A program made the position numbers and the translations under genes. DNA of 51,080 nucleotides, from IMG/VR virus record IMGVR_UViG_3300050501_000150, positions 1-51,080 of that record, one strand, 5' to 3'. The number at the start of each line of letters is the position of its first letter. Position 1 is the first letter of the stretch. Of this stretch, positions 15,397-23,017 are shown one piece after another. The stretch is from a virus. The notes below the pieces were generated by a model that made no database searches, was not told the DNA's origin, and worked only from the letters and a program-made list of their open reading frames with translations.

Positions 15397-15900
15397 ATGG
15401 AAAAAGAACGGGACAAATATGCTGAATTGTTCGCCGATTATATGATCGAGGCCATGGCGCGCACCCGATTGCGCCAGTCTGAGATCGCCCGACTGACCGG
15501 GTTGTCGAGGGCGACAATCAGCCAGATCGTAGGAAAGAAGCCCCATTCATTGACGGGCAAGCTACTCCTGCCTGAGCGGGAGACGGTAGACAAAATCGCA
15601 AATGCCTTCGGCGATCCCGTTTCAAAAGCTCGGCGCGCCGCTGGGTATAGCGGCGGCAGTGATAAAGATGAGCGCAAGGCAGGACTCGACGCCGAGCGAC
15701 AAGCACAAGCGGCCCGAATAGCCGAGATGGTAAAGAACTTTGCCCAACTCTCGCCTGAGCGCCAGGCCCAAGTAATGGCGATCATGCAAGTATTACAATC
15801 AGAACACCCAGAAGCCTTACAGATACTTGGCCCAGAATTCACAGTAGAAGACCTAAGCGAACTAGACACAGACTTAATAGAAAAAGACACAGGATCTTAA
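15397..15900 (+). CDS. CI-like XRE-family repressor without peptidase domain
   Basis: HTH LRQSEIARLTGLSRATISQIVGKK. The C-terminal part is helical and acidic. The start is the ATG at 15397 or the TTG at 15385. Confidence 0.85.
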   Translation: MEKERDKYAELFADYMIEAMARTRLRQSEIARLTGLSRATISQIVGKKPHSLTGKLLLPERETVDKIANAFGDPVSKARRAAGYSGGSDKDERKAGLDAERQAQAARIAEMVKNFAQLSPERQAQVMAIMQVLQSEHPEALQILGPEFTVEDLSELDTDLIEKDTGS

Positions 15901-16096
15901 TTAGCCTCACCAACCCCAGAGGAAAGGATACGAATGCGCTCGCCCCCACAGTCCCCAATGCTCACTCATCCCTGATCTTGGTTCGCTTGATCTTTTAACG
16001 CGGCTGAAAAACCCCACAGCCAAACATGCCGAAAAGTCGCAATAAGTAAGCAAGCGGGCTGCTTTGTTTTGGAAATAAAAAACAAGGAGTCCATCA

Positions 16097-16354
16097 TTGA
16101 AAAAATCATACATAGTTGTCTCATCGCGTCTTGAAATAGACGAAGGCGCGGAGGTGATCACGGCCGGGCGAGGGGAATCGAATATTAAGCCCGGGTCTTT
16201 TTGCGTGGTCAAACTCGGTTCAATTATCACGTATGGGCGGTTTTTCCCGAGTCTCGCCGGTTCCGACTGGCTCGTTCAGCCGGGACGCATGGTGCGAATT
16301 GTCGGGAAGGCGGTAATCGAAATATTGGCCCTGGCGATAATGATCTCGCCATGA
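16097..16354 (+). CDS. Hypothetical 85-aa protein coupled to the integrase (degenerate S24/LexA-C-terminal-like?)
   Basis: TTG start 7 nt after AAGGAG. Its stop overlaps the int ATG (ATGA). Beta-rich pattern IKPGSFCVVKLGSIITYGRF...LVQPGR. Confidence 0.5.
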   Translation: MKKSYIVVSSRLEIDEGAEVITAGRGESNIKPGSFCVVKLGSIITYGRFFPSLAGSDWLVQPGRMVRIVGKAVIEILALAIMISP

Positions 16355-17469
16355 TCGACAAACGCTACTCAGCAAAACACCGGCGCAAAATGTGGGGCTT
16401 CGACGAGCGGTTTCTCGACGGCGCTGGACGCAAGAAGCGCGTGCGGCGATACGAGTTCGAGACACGCGACGAAGCCGAAGAAGTGGTTGCCGCACTGAGA
16501 CGAGCGGAGAGGGAAAGGGAGTACGGCTTAGCGCCGCTGATCAATCGGCCGACACTGCAAGAGCTAGTTGAGAAGCGGATTCCCATGATCGCAGCCAAAG
16601 CGGAGCGCACACGCGCGAAACGTATTCTCTATACCTGGCTGTCTCTGATCGATCAGAGAATCAGGGTGGACGAAATCAAAACCGCCACCATTCGCGTCTA
16701 CGTCGAGAAGCGCCAGGCGGACGGGCGGCCACCGTCATCGATCAACAGGGAATTGGCGACGATCGCCGCCACGCTGAATCAAGCAGGAGAAATATTTTCA
16801 GAGTTGGAGCAGTGGAAGACGCCGAAGATGCCGCGACTGAAGGTGATCAAAAGCCGACGCGAGCGATTGATCTCTGACGATGAATACAGGCAGATCGTCG
16901 CCCACCTGCGCCGGCCAATGGATGAGATGGACGGCCCGCCGCCGAATCGTCCGAACGCCTATAAGTGTCGAATCCGCTGCGCCCAGATATTCGAGTTTGC
17001 GATGGCTACCGGCGCCAGGCACGGTGAGATCGTGGCGCTGAAGTGGATGGACATTTCATGGGAGCGGGGAAAGATACTGATCTATCAAAGCAAGACAGAT
17101 CACTATAAGGAGATCCCGTTGAGTTCGTCGCTGATCAGGATTCTGAACGAGCGCAAGCCGGCAGTGGGGACCTATGTATTCACGAAGAACGGCAGGATCT
17201 TTCTCACGTTCTATAAGTTTCTGCGGGCTGCCTGTGAACATATCGGCATCCCCTACGGTCGATGGGAAGAGAATGGGTTGATACTTCATTCCGCGCGCCA
17301 TACTGTCACGACCCATATGATCGAGGCGGGTCTCGACTATGACACGATCGGCTCGATCACCGGTCACAAGGCGAAGGAACTGATAGCGCATTATGGGCAC
17401 AAGCATCCTGGATCTGTGGCTAGAGCTGCCGCAGCTCTGGAGGAAATGAATAAACGGCGCGAAAAGTAG
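16351..17469 (+). CDS. int: Tyrosine recombinase (phage integrase)
   Basis: ATG at 16351. Catalytic signature TGARHGEI (R), HSARHT (HxxR), GHK..LIAHYGH (Y). Confidence 0.93.
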   Translation: MIDKRYSAKHRRKMWGFDERFLDGAGRKKRVRRYEFETRDEAEEVVAALRRAEREREYGLAPLINRPTLQELVEKRIPMIAAKAERTRAKRILYTWLSLIDQRIRVDEIKTATIRVYVEKRQADGRPPSSINRELATIAATLNQAGEIFSELEQWKTPKMPRLKVIKSRRERLISDDEYRQIVAHLRRPMDEMDGPPPNRPNAYKCRIRCAQIFEFAMATGARHGEIVALKWMDISWERGKILIYQSKTDHYKEIPLSSSLIRILNERKPAVGTYVFTKNGRIFLTFYKFLRAACEHIGIPYGRWEENGLILHSARHTVTTHMIEAGLDYDTIGSITGHKAKELIAHYGHKHPGSVARAAAALEEMNKRREK

Positions 17470-17570
17470 CTACGGCTGGCCAATCCGTGGACATGGAAAA
17501 AGTGAAAATATTGCGTCTAAAAGACTTGCCAATGCCTTCGTAGAGAATCATATATTTCAGCCACCTTCGC

Positions 17571-17637
17571 TTACCGCATTGCATTTACATTACTTACCGA
17601 ATTATCCAGTTCCCTGAATTTACCGAATTTACCGATA
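17571..17637 (+). repeat. Four direct TTACCG(A/C)A repeats, candidate attP arm-type integrase sites
   Basis: Copies at 17571-80, 17594-603, 17620-29 and 17629-37, in the 420-bp ORF-free region after int. Confidence 0.5.
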
Positions 17638-17891
17638 GTTCAGTATGGCTGGGACAAATTGTGGACAGCGAATTTTAGCTGTGCTATCTTGCACTCGTTC
17701 AACCGTCCTACTCGTCTGGCACTTCCAATGCCCGGCGCCAATCAACCCTAAAAATAGAACGCCCGCGTGGCGTGATAAAAGCACACCACACGGGCCACCG
17801 CACACAGACCTAAACAAGAATGTGCGGCGGGACATTTATAGCATTTTCGGCCATAAATCGTCACGCCGCCCCTATTAAGAAGGGGGCGAAT

Positions 17892-18659
17892 ATGAACACA
17901 CCTAAATACGAATGGGGAAAGGCCACCATCTTCTGTTGCTGCGTCCTGGCCGCCGCGCTCGGCGTCGGGATCAGCAATTACTACGTCTTTTACGATTCGT
18001 TCTGGATGGCGACGATCTTGCTGGCGATTACTGTCGGAGTGGCAGCCGTCGCCGCCTACTACTCGGGCGATGCAACACCGAAAGTCCGCCACTATTGCAT
18101 AATCTTCCACCTGATTATCGGCGCGGTTCTCTGCGTCAATCTGGCCAGCCACTTCGTCCTTGCCCGCCAGATCAGCGCGGCGAAAACCGGAGTGATAGAT
18201 CGACACGAGGAAGAGAACAGACAAGAGACGTTCCGCGAGCTCGAAGCCAACCGCCAAGCTAAGCTCTTAGCTGAACAGCGAGCGCTGGCGGAAGAAGAGA
18301 GAAAGCGATTGCGCGCGGAGGCTGGGAGGCTGGAAGCCATGCGGCGAATGGGCTATCGCGGCGGGTATGTGCCGCCTGCGAGCGCTCCGGCCCCTGCCCC
18401 AACTGTCCAAGCGCCGCAATTACCGGACTCCCTGACGAAAAGGGAAGAGAAGTCAGCGCCTGCAAAAACGCCCGAGCAACTACAGCGCGAATGGAATCCC
18501 TGGCTAACCTTCTGGGCGTTTGCGGACGTCTTCATTTCGGTGTTGGGTGGCCTAATCCTGGCCGGACGCTGGGAGTGGGACCGGAACCATGACGGGGTTG
18601 CGGATCACCTACAAAAACCCAACGAGTTCCCGCACGAGGTTGACGCGGGAAAATCCTAG
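17892..18659 (+). CDS. Multi-pass membrane protein with central coiled coil
   Basis: ATG at 17892 after AAGGGGGCG. About 4 N-terminal TM helices, a charged helical segment (EEERKRLRAEAGRLEA) and a C-terminal TM. Confidence 0.75.
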   Translation: MNTPKYEWGKATIFCCCVLAAALGVGISNYYVFYDSFWMATILLAITVGVAAVAAYYSGDATPKVRHYCIIFHLIIGAVLCVNLASHFVLARQISAAKTGVIDRHEEENRQETFRELEANRQAKLLAEQRALAEEERKRLRAEAGRLEAMRRMGYRGGYVPPASAPAPAPTVQAPQLPDSLTKREEKSAPAKTPEQLQREWNPWLTFWAFADVFISVLGGLILAGRWEWDRNHDGVADHLQKPNEFPHEVDAGKS

Positions 18660-18722
18660 CCGCTGAGGGAAACGAGGGAACGGCCGCGAGGGCCAGGCCC
18701 TCGGCGGCGATGGAGGTTGAGA

Positions 18723-18809
18723 ATGAGAGACAAGACGAAGGTAGCGATCGGAGTGCTGATTTGGGTCTCGATCGTGGGATATCTGGCGCTCCAGTTGTGG
18801 GTGAAATGA
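18723..18809 (+). CDS. 28-aa single-TM micro-protein
   Basis: GGAGG (18712-16) 6 nt before the ATG. Sequence MRDKTKVAIGVLIWVSIVGYLALQLWVK. Its stop abuts the first iteron. Confidence 0.4.
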   Translation: MRDKTKVAIGVLIWVSIVGYLALQLWVK

Positions 18810-18934
18810 TTGGGGCATTTGAGATCAAAAAACGCAGATCAAATGCCCCAAAAATAGTTGGGGAAATGCCCCAAATTCCCCAGCCGGCAAATGCCCCCAA
18901 TAGCCCCAACGTAACTCTTGGAAATGGGGCATTT
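18810..18934. repeat. Cluster of five 11-bp AAATGCCCCAA repeats (3 direct, flanked by 2 inverted)
   Basis: Inverted copies at 18810-20 and 18924-34. Direct copies at 18841-51, 18864-74 and 18889-900. Further copies at 19243-53 and 19284-94. Confidence 0.9.
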
Positions 18935-18977
18935 GCCAAACCTACCGGATGGTCAAAACTGTGGAGATTGGAACGCA

Positions 18978-19352
18978 ATGGAAAGTATTTCAAGTTCAGA
19001 CTCAGATTCACAAACACCAAAGACACGCCCCCGGAAATCCAGCGCGTCACGAGGCAAGGCGGCAGGATCAGCCCCAAAATCGAAAGGGCGCTCAGCCTCC
19101 GGCCGGGGAAAGGACGCCACGAGGCCTCAAGGGTGGAAGCCGGCAGGTTTCGAAGTCGGGCTATCAATCTTGCAGGCCGGATTCGATCAAGCTCTGGACG
19201 AGGGGCTGATAGCGAGATTGGGGGAATTAGCCCCAACGGAACAAATGCCCCAAAGAATCCTGATCGAGATTTGGGGCGCCGCGATATGCCCCAATTGCCA
19301 GGCGTGGACGGAGCAGGCGAACTGCCCGGCGTGCGGGAATCAGATTGGGTAA
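18978..19352 (+). CDS. Basic low-complexity protein with C-terminal zinc ribbon
   Basis: MESISSS...RPRKSSASRGKAAGSAPKSKGR... then CPNC..x9..CPAC. The frame choice among three overlapping ORFs rests on the protein-like C-terminal half. Confidence 0.55.
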   Translation: MESISSSDSDSQTPKTRPRKSSASRGKAAGSAPKSKGRSASGRGKDATRPQGWKPAGFEVGLSILQAGFDQALDEGLIARLGELAPTEQMPQRILIEIWGAAICPNCQAWTEQANCPACGNQIG

Positions 19353-19389
19353 TGTGATTCTTAACAAAACAATCCAAAGGTAAAGAGCG

Positions 19390-20040
19390 ATGCGATTACT
19401 TGATTTGTTTTGTGGTGCTGGCGGTTGTTCGGCTGGCTATCAACACGCGGGCTTTTGGGTTCGTGGCGTCGATTGCAAGCCGCAGCCGCGATACGTCGGT
19501 GAAGAGTTCATCCAGGGAGACGCGCTTGAATATCTGTCGAGCCTGATTGATTCGGGAGAGATCGAAGAGTTTGACGCTATCCACGCATCGCCGCCTTGTC
19601 AGGCGTACAGCATCATGCGGAAAAAATTCCCTGACCGCGACTATCCCGATTTATACATTGCAACGCGCTCGCTCCTGTCTGGCTTAAAACATCCCTGGGT
19701 AATTGAAAACGTGATCGGCTCCCCGCCTGGACCGTCAATCATTTTGTGTGGCAACTCTTTTGGACTTGGAACCTATAGGCATAGGAGATTCGAGAGCAAT
19801 ATCGCGCTTCTTGCGATGCCCCATAGCCCACACCGAATTAAAAGCGTGAGGCAGGGCTATGGCGCGTATAACGGGGAGATGATGTCAGTTACCGGAGATC
19901 TCAATTCACAAAAATTCTTTGATGCGGCAAAGAAAGCGATGGGCATTGACTGGATGGAGCGCAAAGAACTCTCGCAGGCGATTCCGCCAGCCTATACGGA
20001 ATACATCGGGCGTCAGTTGATGATCGCCCTCGATTCTTAA
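19390..20040 (+). CDS. Small DNA (cytosine-5) methyltransferase
   Basis: 216 aa. Motif I DLFCGAGG, IV PPCQAYS, VI VIENV, X-like QAIPPAYTEYIG. Confidence 0.85.
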   Translation: MRLLDLFCGAGGCSAGYQHAGFWVRGVDCKPQPRYVGEEFIQGDALEYLSSLIDSGEIEEFDAIHASPPCQAYSIMRKKFPDRDYPDLYIATRSLLSGLKHPWVIENVIGSPPGPSIILCGNSFGLGTYRHRRFESNIALLAMPHSPHRIKSVRQGYGAYNGEMMSVTGDLNSQKFFDAAKKAMGIDWMERKELSQAIPPAYTEYIGRQLMIALDS

Positions 20041-20075
20041 CAGAACGTTTCTTTTGTAAAGAAAGGCAAAGGAAA

Positions 20076-20765
20076 ATGAACGACTCGAATCAAGAAAAGC
20101 GAGAGAAACTGTTACAAGCAATGATTTACGCGGACGGGGTTGGCGATCAGGCCGGCTACGAATCCGCCCGCGCCGAACTCGAAGGGCAGAAGGGCGACGG
20201 CTACCCCGCCGTTCAGCACGAACTAGGCGAGGACGGAGTTAAAACGCTGGTAGAAGACCGAAATAATGCGCAGAAGCGAATCACCGAGCTTGACGCGCAA
20301 CTGGTCGACTGCCAAGCCACCCTGCACCTGCGCGAATCTCAGCGCGACACGGCAGAGGAAAGCGAGTCGGTAGCGAACGCGAAAGTCAAAGAACTTGAGG
20401 CGCAGCTGGCGGACTTGAAAGACTTCGCCTACAACCGCGCGCCGAAGATTGCGGCTGAGCAGGCGGACAGGCAGATGGCAGAGTTGCGGGCGCAATTGGC
20501 CGAGAAGCAGCGCATCATCAGAGAACACGAAGCGGCGACTGTCCGACTGTGTGGCCAGATAGACGACGCAGTGGCGCGGCTAGTTGCAGCCGAAGCGCGG
20601 GCAGAGGCGATGCGGAAGGCGCTGGAAATGGTGGAATGGCGCGCGAGCGGAGCGCACTATCAATGCTTGTGGTGTCACAATATCAAAATGCTCGGCCACA
20701 AGTCAGACTGCGCGCGTCAAGCCGCCCTCGCGCCCACGCCCGCCGAAAGTGAGGTGAAAGAATGA
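20076..20765 (+). CDS. Coiled-coil protein with C-terminal Cys/His cluster
   Basis: 229 aa with long heptad regions. C-terminal CLWCHN..H..C. Confidence 0.7.
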   Translation: MNDSNQEKREKLLQAMIYADGVGDQAGYESARAELEGQKGDGYPAVQHELGEDGVKTLVEDRNNAQKRITELDAQLVDCQATLHLRESQRDTAEESESVANAKVKELEAQLADLKDFAYNRAPKIAAEQADRQMAELRAQLAEKQRIIREHEAATVRLCGQIDDAVARLVAAEARAEAMRKALEMVEWRASGAHYQCLWCHNIKMLGHKSDCARQAALAPTPAESEVKE

Positions 20766-20986
20766 AGTGTCCAGAATGCCAGTTTGGACTAGATAGTAAT
20801 GGCTTGATTGCGTGGTGTGAAAATGGCCACGCCTACAAACTCGAATCAACTGAATACCCATGTTTTGTTGACGATGGCACATATTGCAGTGTTCACACGC
20901 CCGCCGAACTGACGCCGGTGTTGCCGACGCCTGCGATGCTGGACGCGAAGCGGGCGGTGGATGAGTACGGGAAGGAGGAGAAGTGA
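20762..20986 (+). CDS. Small zinc-ribbon protein
   Basis: 74 aa. MKCPECQ...WCENGH. ATGA overlap upstream and GTGA overlap downstream. Confidence 0.7.
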   Translation: MKCPECQFGLDSNGLIAWCENGHAYKLESTEYPCFVDDGTYCSVHTPAELTPVLPTPAMLDAKRAVDEYGKEEK

Positions 20987-21321
20987 GCAACTACAACCGA
21001 AAGACCACAACGCTAACCTGCCGCAGTTGCGGCGGCGGCCATGTGGCACATGCTGCGCGTGGCAGCAAAGAATGGGTCGTTAGTCGTCTCGATGAACCGC
21101 CTGATGGTCGGCGCTTTTCAATAAGCGCGCCACAGGAATCCTACACGTGCAGGAAATGCCATACGCTGGATGACGTAATGGATTGGTACGGACTTGCACG
21201 TGAAGAAGGCGAGACATTGCAAATCTGGCAACGCCGATACCCGCAATTTGCCGCCGACCTCGCCGAGTTTGAGATGTTCTTACAAGCCGCCGACGCGGAT
21301 AAAGGGGAGGGGGAGAAGTGA
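20983..21321 (+). CDS. Small Cys-rich protein
   Basis: 112 aa. GTG start within GGAGGAGAAGTGA. CRSCGGG...CRKCH. Ends ADKGEGEK. Confidence 0.7.
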   Translation: MSNYNRKTTTLTCRSCGGGHVAHAARGSKEWVVSRLDEPPDGRRFSISAPQESYTCRKCHTLDDVMDWYGLAREEGETLQIWQRRYPQFAADLAEFEMFLQAADADKGEGEK

Positions 21322-21322
21322 G
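21286..21322 (+). repeat. 37-nt gene-junction repeat, copy 1
   Basis: GCCGCCGACGCGGATAAAGGGGAGGGGGAGAAGTGAG. Differs at 2 positions from 21468-21504. Confidence 0.9.
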
Positions 21323-21503
21323 CGACTTTCACGAACTCAGCAGGGAGAAAAAATGGGAATTTATTGATTCGCTTGACGAAAGCGACATGGCGTGGCTTGA
21401 ATTTCTCAAGCAAGAATCAGGCGGTCGCGCAGGCGTGGCTATGGAACGATTATACCGGTTAAAGAACGCCGCCAACGCGGATAAAGGGGAGGAGGAGAAG
21501 TGA
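21318..21503 (+). CDS. Hypothetical small protein
   Basis: 61 aa. GTG start in the conserved junction. Ends ADKGEEEK. Confidence 0.65.
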   Translation: MSDFHELSREKKWEFIDSLDESDMAWLEFLKQESGGRAGVAMERLYRLKNAANADKGEEEK

Positions 21504-21504
21504 G
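21468..21504 (+). repeat. 37-nt gene-junction repeat, copy 2
   Basis: GCCGCCAACGCGGATAAAGGGGAGGAGGAGAAGTGAG. Confidence 0.9.
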
Positions 21505-21733
21505 AGAGCCAACTTGTAAGCGATGTGACGGCCAGATGGATTGGGTTGACTGCTGGAGCGGGTGCGACGATGGCTATTTCGACGGATATGAAGAAGACCC
21601 GCTATGGTTCCCGCCAGGGGAATTGGAAGTGTGCGGCAACTGCGATGGCAAGGGCGGCTGGTGGCAATGCTTCAACAGTCGATGCCAGCGGGAGGCCGTT
21701 GAAGCCGACGCGGGACGGAGGGAGGATTTCTGA
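21500..21733 (+). CDS. Small CxxC-rich (DnaJ-zinc-finger-like) protein
   Basis: 77 aa. CKRCDG...CWSGC...CGNCDGKG...C. Confidence 0.7.
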   Translation: MREPTCKRCDGQMDWVDCWSGCDDGYFDGYEEDPLWFPPGELEVCGNCDGKGGWWQCFNSRCQREAVEADAGRREDF

Positions 21734-21751
21734 CCACACTGGGGTGAAACG

Positions 21752-21880
21752 ATGAATGAAAACAGAAAGAAAGCTGTTAATCAGATTGCGACTCGCATCG
21801 CTTGGCGAATCTATGGGCCAGGAATTATTGCGTTTGGATTGCTGGGTATCGGCTTTATTGCTATAGCGCTTTTCAACTAA
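21752..21880 (+). CDS. 42-aa single-TM micro-protein
   Basis: ATG 5 nt after GGGGTG. Sequence MNENRKKAVNQIATRIAWRIYGPGIIAFGLLGIGFIAIALFN. Below the cutoff of the ORF track. Confidence 0.45.
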   Translation: MNENRKKAVNQIATRIAWRIYGPGIIAFGLLGIGFIAIALFN

Positions 21881-21893
21881 GAGGATTGAGGGG

Positions 21894-22124
21894 ATGAGCG
21901 AGTTTGACATTCGAGTCTTTGCCGATGAAATAACTGCGGTTGATAGCGAGCTAGGCCGGATTGCGGATTACGAAGGCGGTGACCACGGCCCGACATACTG
22001 CGCCTGGATAGCCGAGGATGAGCATTGGCGGACTTACTGCGAGAAGGCCATAAGACTTCATCGGGAAGCCATAGAACTTTGGCGAAAAGGAATCCGCGCG
22101 AGGCTGGGAATAGCGCGCAAATAA
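21894..22124 (+). CDS. Hypothetical protein
   Basis: 76-aa ORF with GAGGATTGAGGGG SD. Confidence 0.65.
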   Translation: MSEFDIRVFADEITAVDSELGRIADYEGGDHGPTYCAWIAEDEHWRTYCEKAIRLHREAIELWRKGIRARLGIARK

Positions 22125-22216
22125 CTGGAATTACATTATGGCCAAACCTAAACGCGACTGGGCATGGCGGCGGCTGCTGTGGTAATATAGCGCCAGTCAG
22201 AAGTAATACCACAAGG

Positions 22217-22272
22217 CCCGCTGTTTGATGCTACGCCTTCTAATCGGAGAATTAGACAGCGGGTTTTGCTTC
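22217..22272 (+). terminator. Candidate intrinsic terminator
   Basis: CCCGCTGT (22217-24) pairs with ACAGCGGG (22256-63). Inner stem CTAAT/ATTAG. Followed by TTTTGCTTC. Confidence 0.4.
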
Positions 22273-22420
22273 TCTCGCCAAGCCGGTAAACCCTTTAAAA
22301 GCGAATGAAAATTCCCTGCTGTTTACATAACAACCATTATCGGACGCACCCATAGTCTATCTATGGGACGCTTGAGGAAGAAATAGCCGCCACGGCGCGG
22401 CGCGTGGTAAAAGAGGAAAT

Positions 22421-22693
22421 ATGACAGCACAAGAGATTATCAACAAATGGATAGGCGAGGCCTTCTCATCCGATGATCGGGCAATCAAGGAAGCGGCGGC
22501 CGCAATTACGGCGGGGATGCGAGAGGATATTGAAGCCGCGGTAGAAACTGGAAAAGAAGAAGAACGCGAGGCCTGTGCGAAGATTGCGGAGGAAGAGGCG
22601 AAAACCGCCTTTCATCCAGGTCAGGAGAATAGCGCCTTTCTCTATATCAATGCGAGTATAATAGTAAATCGAATCCGCGCCCGCTCGAAATAG
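22421..22693 (+). CDS. Small-protein paralog 1 (EREACAKIAE ... IRARSK family)
   Basis: 90 aa with AAGAGGAAAT SD. Shares its core and C-terminal motifs with the next two genes. Confidence 0.7.
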   Translation: MTAQEIINKWIGEAFSSDDRAIKEAAAAITAGMREDIEAAVETGKEEEREACAKIAEEEAKTAFHPGQENSAFLYINASIIVNRIRARSK

Positions 22694-22764
22694 CAAAAGC
22701 CGGCCAGGCTTCCCCGGTCGGCTTTCTTTCTTGCGCGTGGTAAATTGTGGGAGGAAGAGGGGCT

Positions 22765-22986
22765 ATGACTGACGAAGAAAAAGCGGCAGTGTTTATTAAA
22801 AGATATTTCGGGACTTACACAGAAGCCTTTCGCGACGAGATGATTCCAAGGCTCGTGAAACTAATTCAAGACGAACGCGAAGCATGCGCCAAGATTGCGG
22901 AAGAGAAGGACAAGGATGGCGAGTGGTACATGGGGGTATTTGCCGATAGTATCGCTGAACAAATCCGCGCCCGATCGAAACGTTGA
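22765..22986 (+). CDS. Small-protein paralog 2
   Basis: ATG at 22765 after GGGAGGAAGAGG. DEREACAKIAEE ... EQIRARSKR. Confidence 0.7.
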   Translation: MTDEEKAAVFIKRYFGTYTEAFRDEMIPRLVKLIQDEREACAKIAEEKDKDGEWYMGVFADSIAEQIRARSKR

Positions 22987-23017
22987 CGTGATAAATTGTG
23001 GGAGGAAAGGGAAAGAA

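Noticed and set aside
15907-16230. 107-aa minus-strand ORF between the CI-like gene and the integrase
   Set aside because: It is antisense to the plus-strand lysogeny unit and overlaps the SD-supported 85-aa ORF. It has no SD of its own.
16201-16350. N-terminal 50-aa extension of the integrase ORF
   Set aside because: The extension overlaps the well-supported 85-aa ORF (AAGGAG plus TTG). The ATG at 16351 gives an ATGA-coupled start and a normal integrase N-terminus (MIDKRYSAKHRRKMWGF).
18810-18934. Possible CRISPR array
   Set aside because: The repeats are only 11 bp, occur in both orientations and have irregular 12-24 bp gaps. There are no cas genes. This is not CRISPR architecture.
18532-19377. 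Long ORFs on both strands across the iteron region (281 aa minus strand, 215 aa plus strand)
   Set aside because: Their open frames are created by the repeated AAATGCCCCAA motif, which reads as GAF/NAP/MPQ repeats. They have no SD and junk-like composition. Only the frame ending in the CPNC...CPAC zinc ribbon (18978-19352) looks protein-like.
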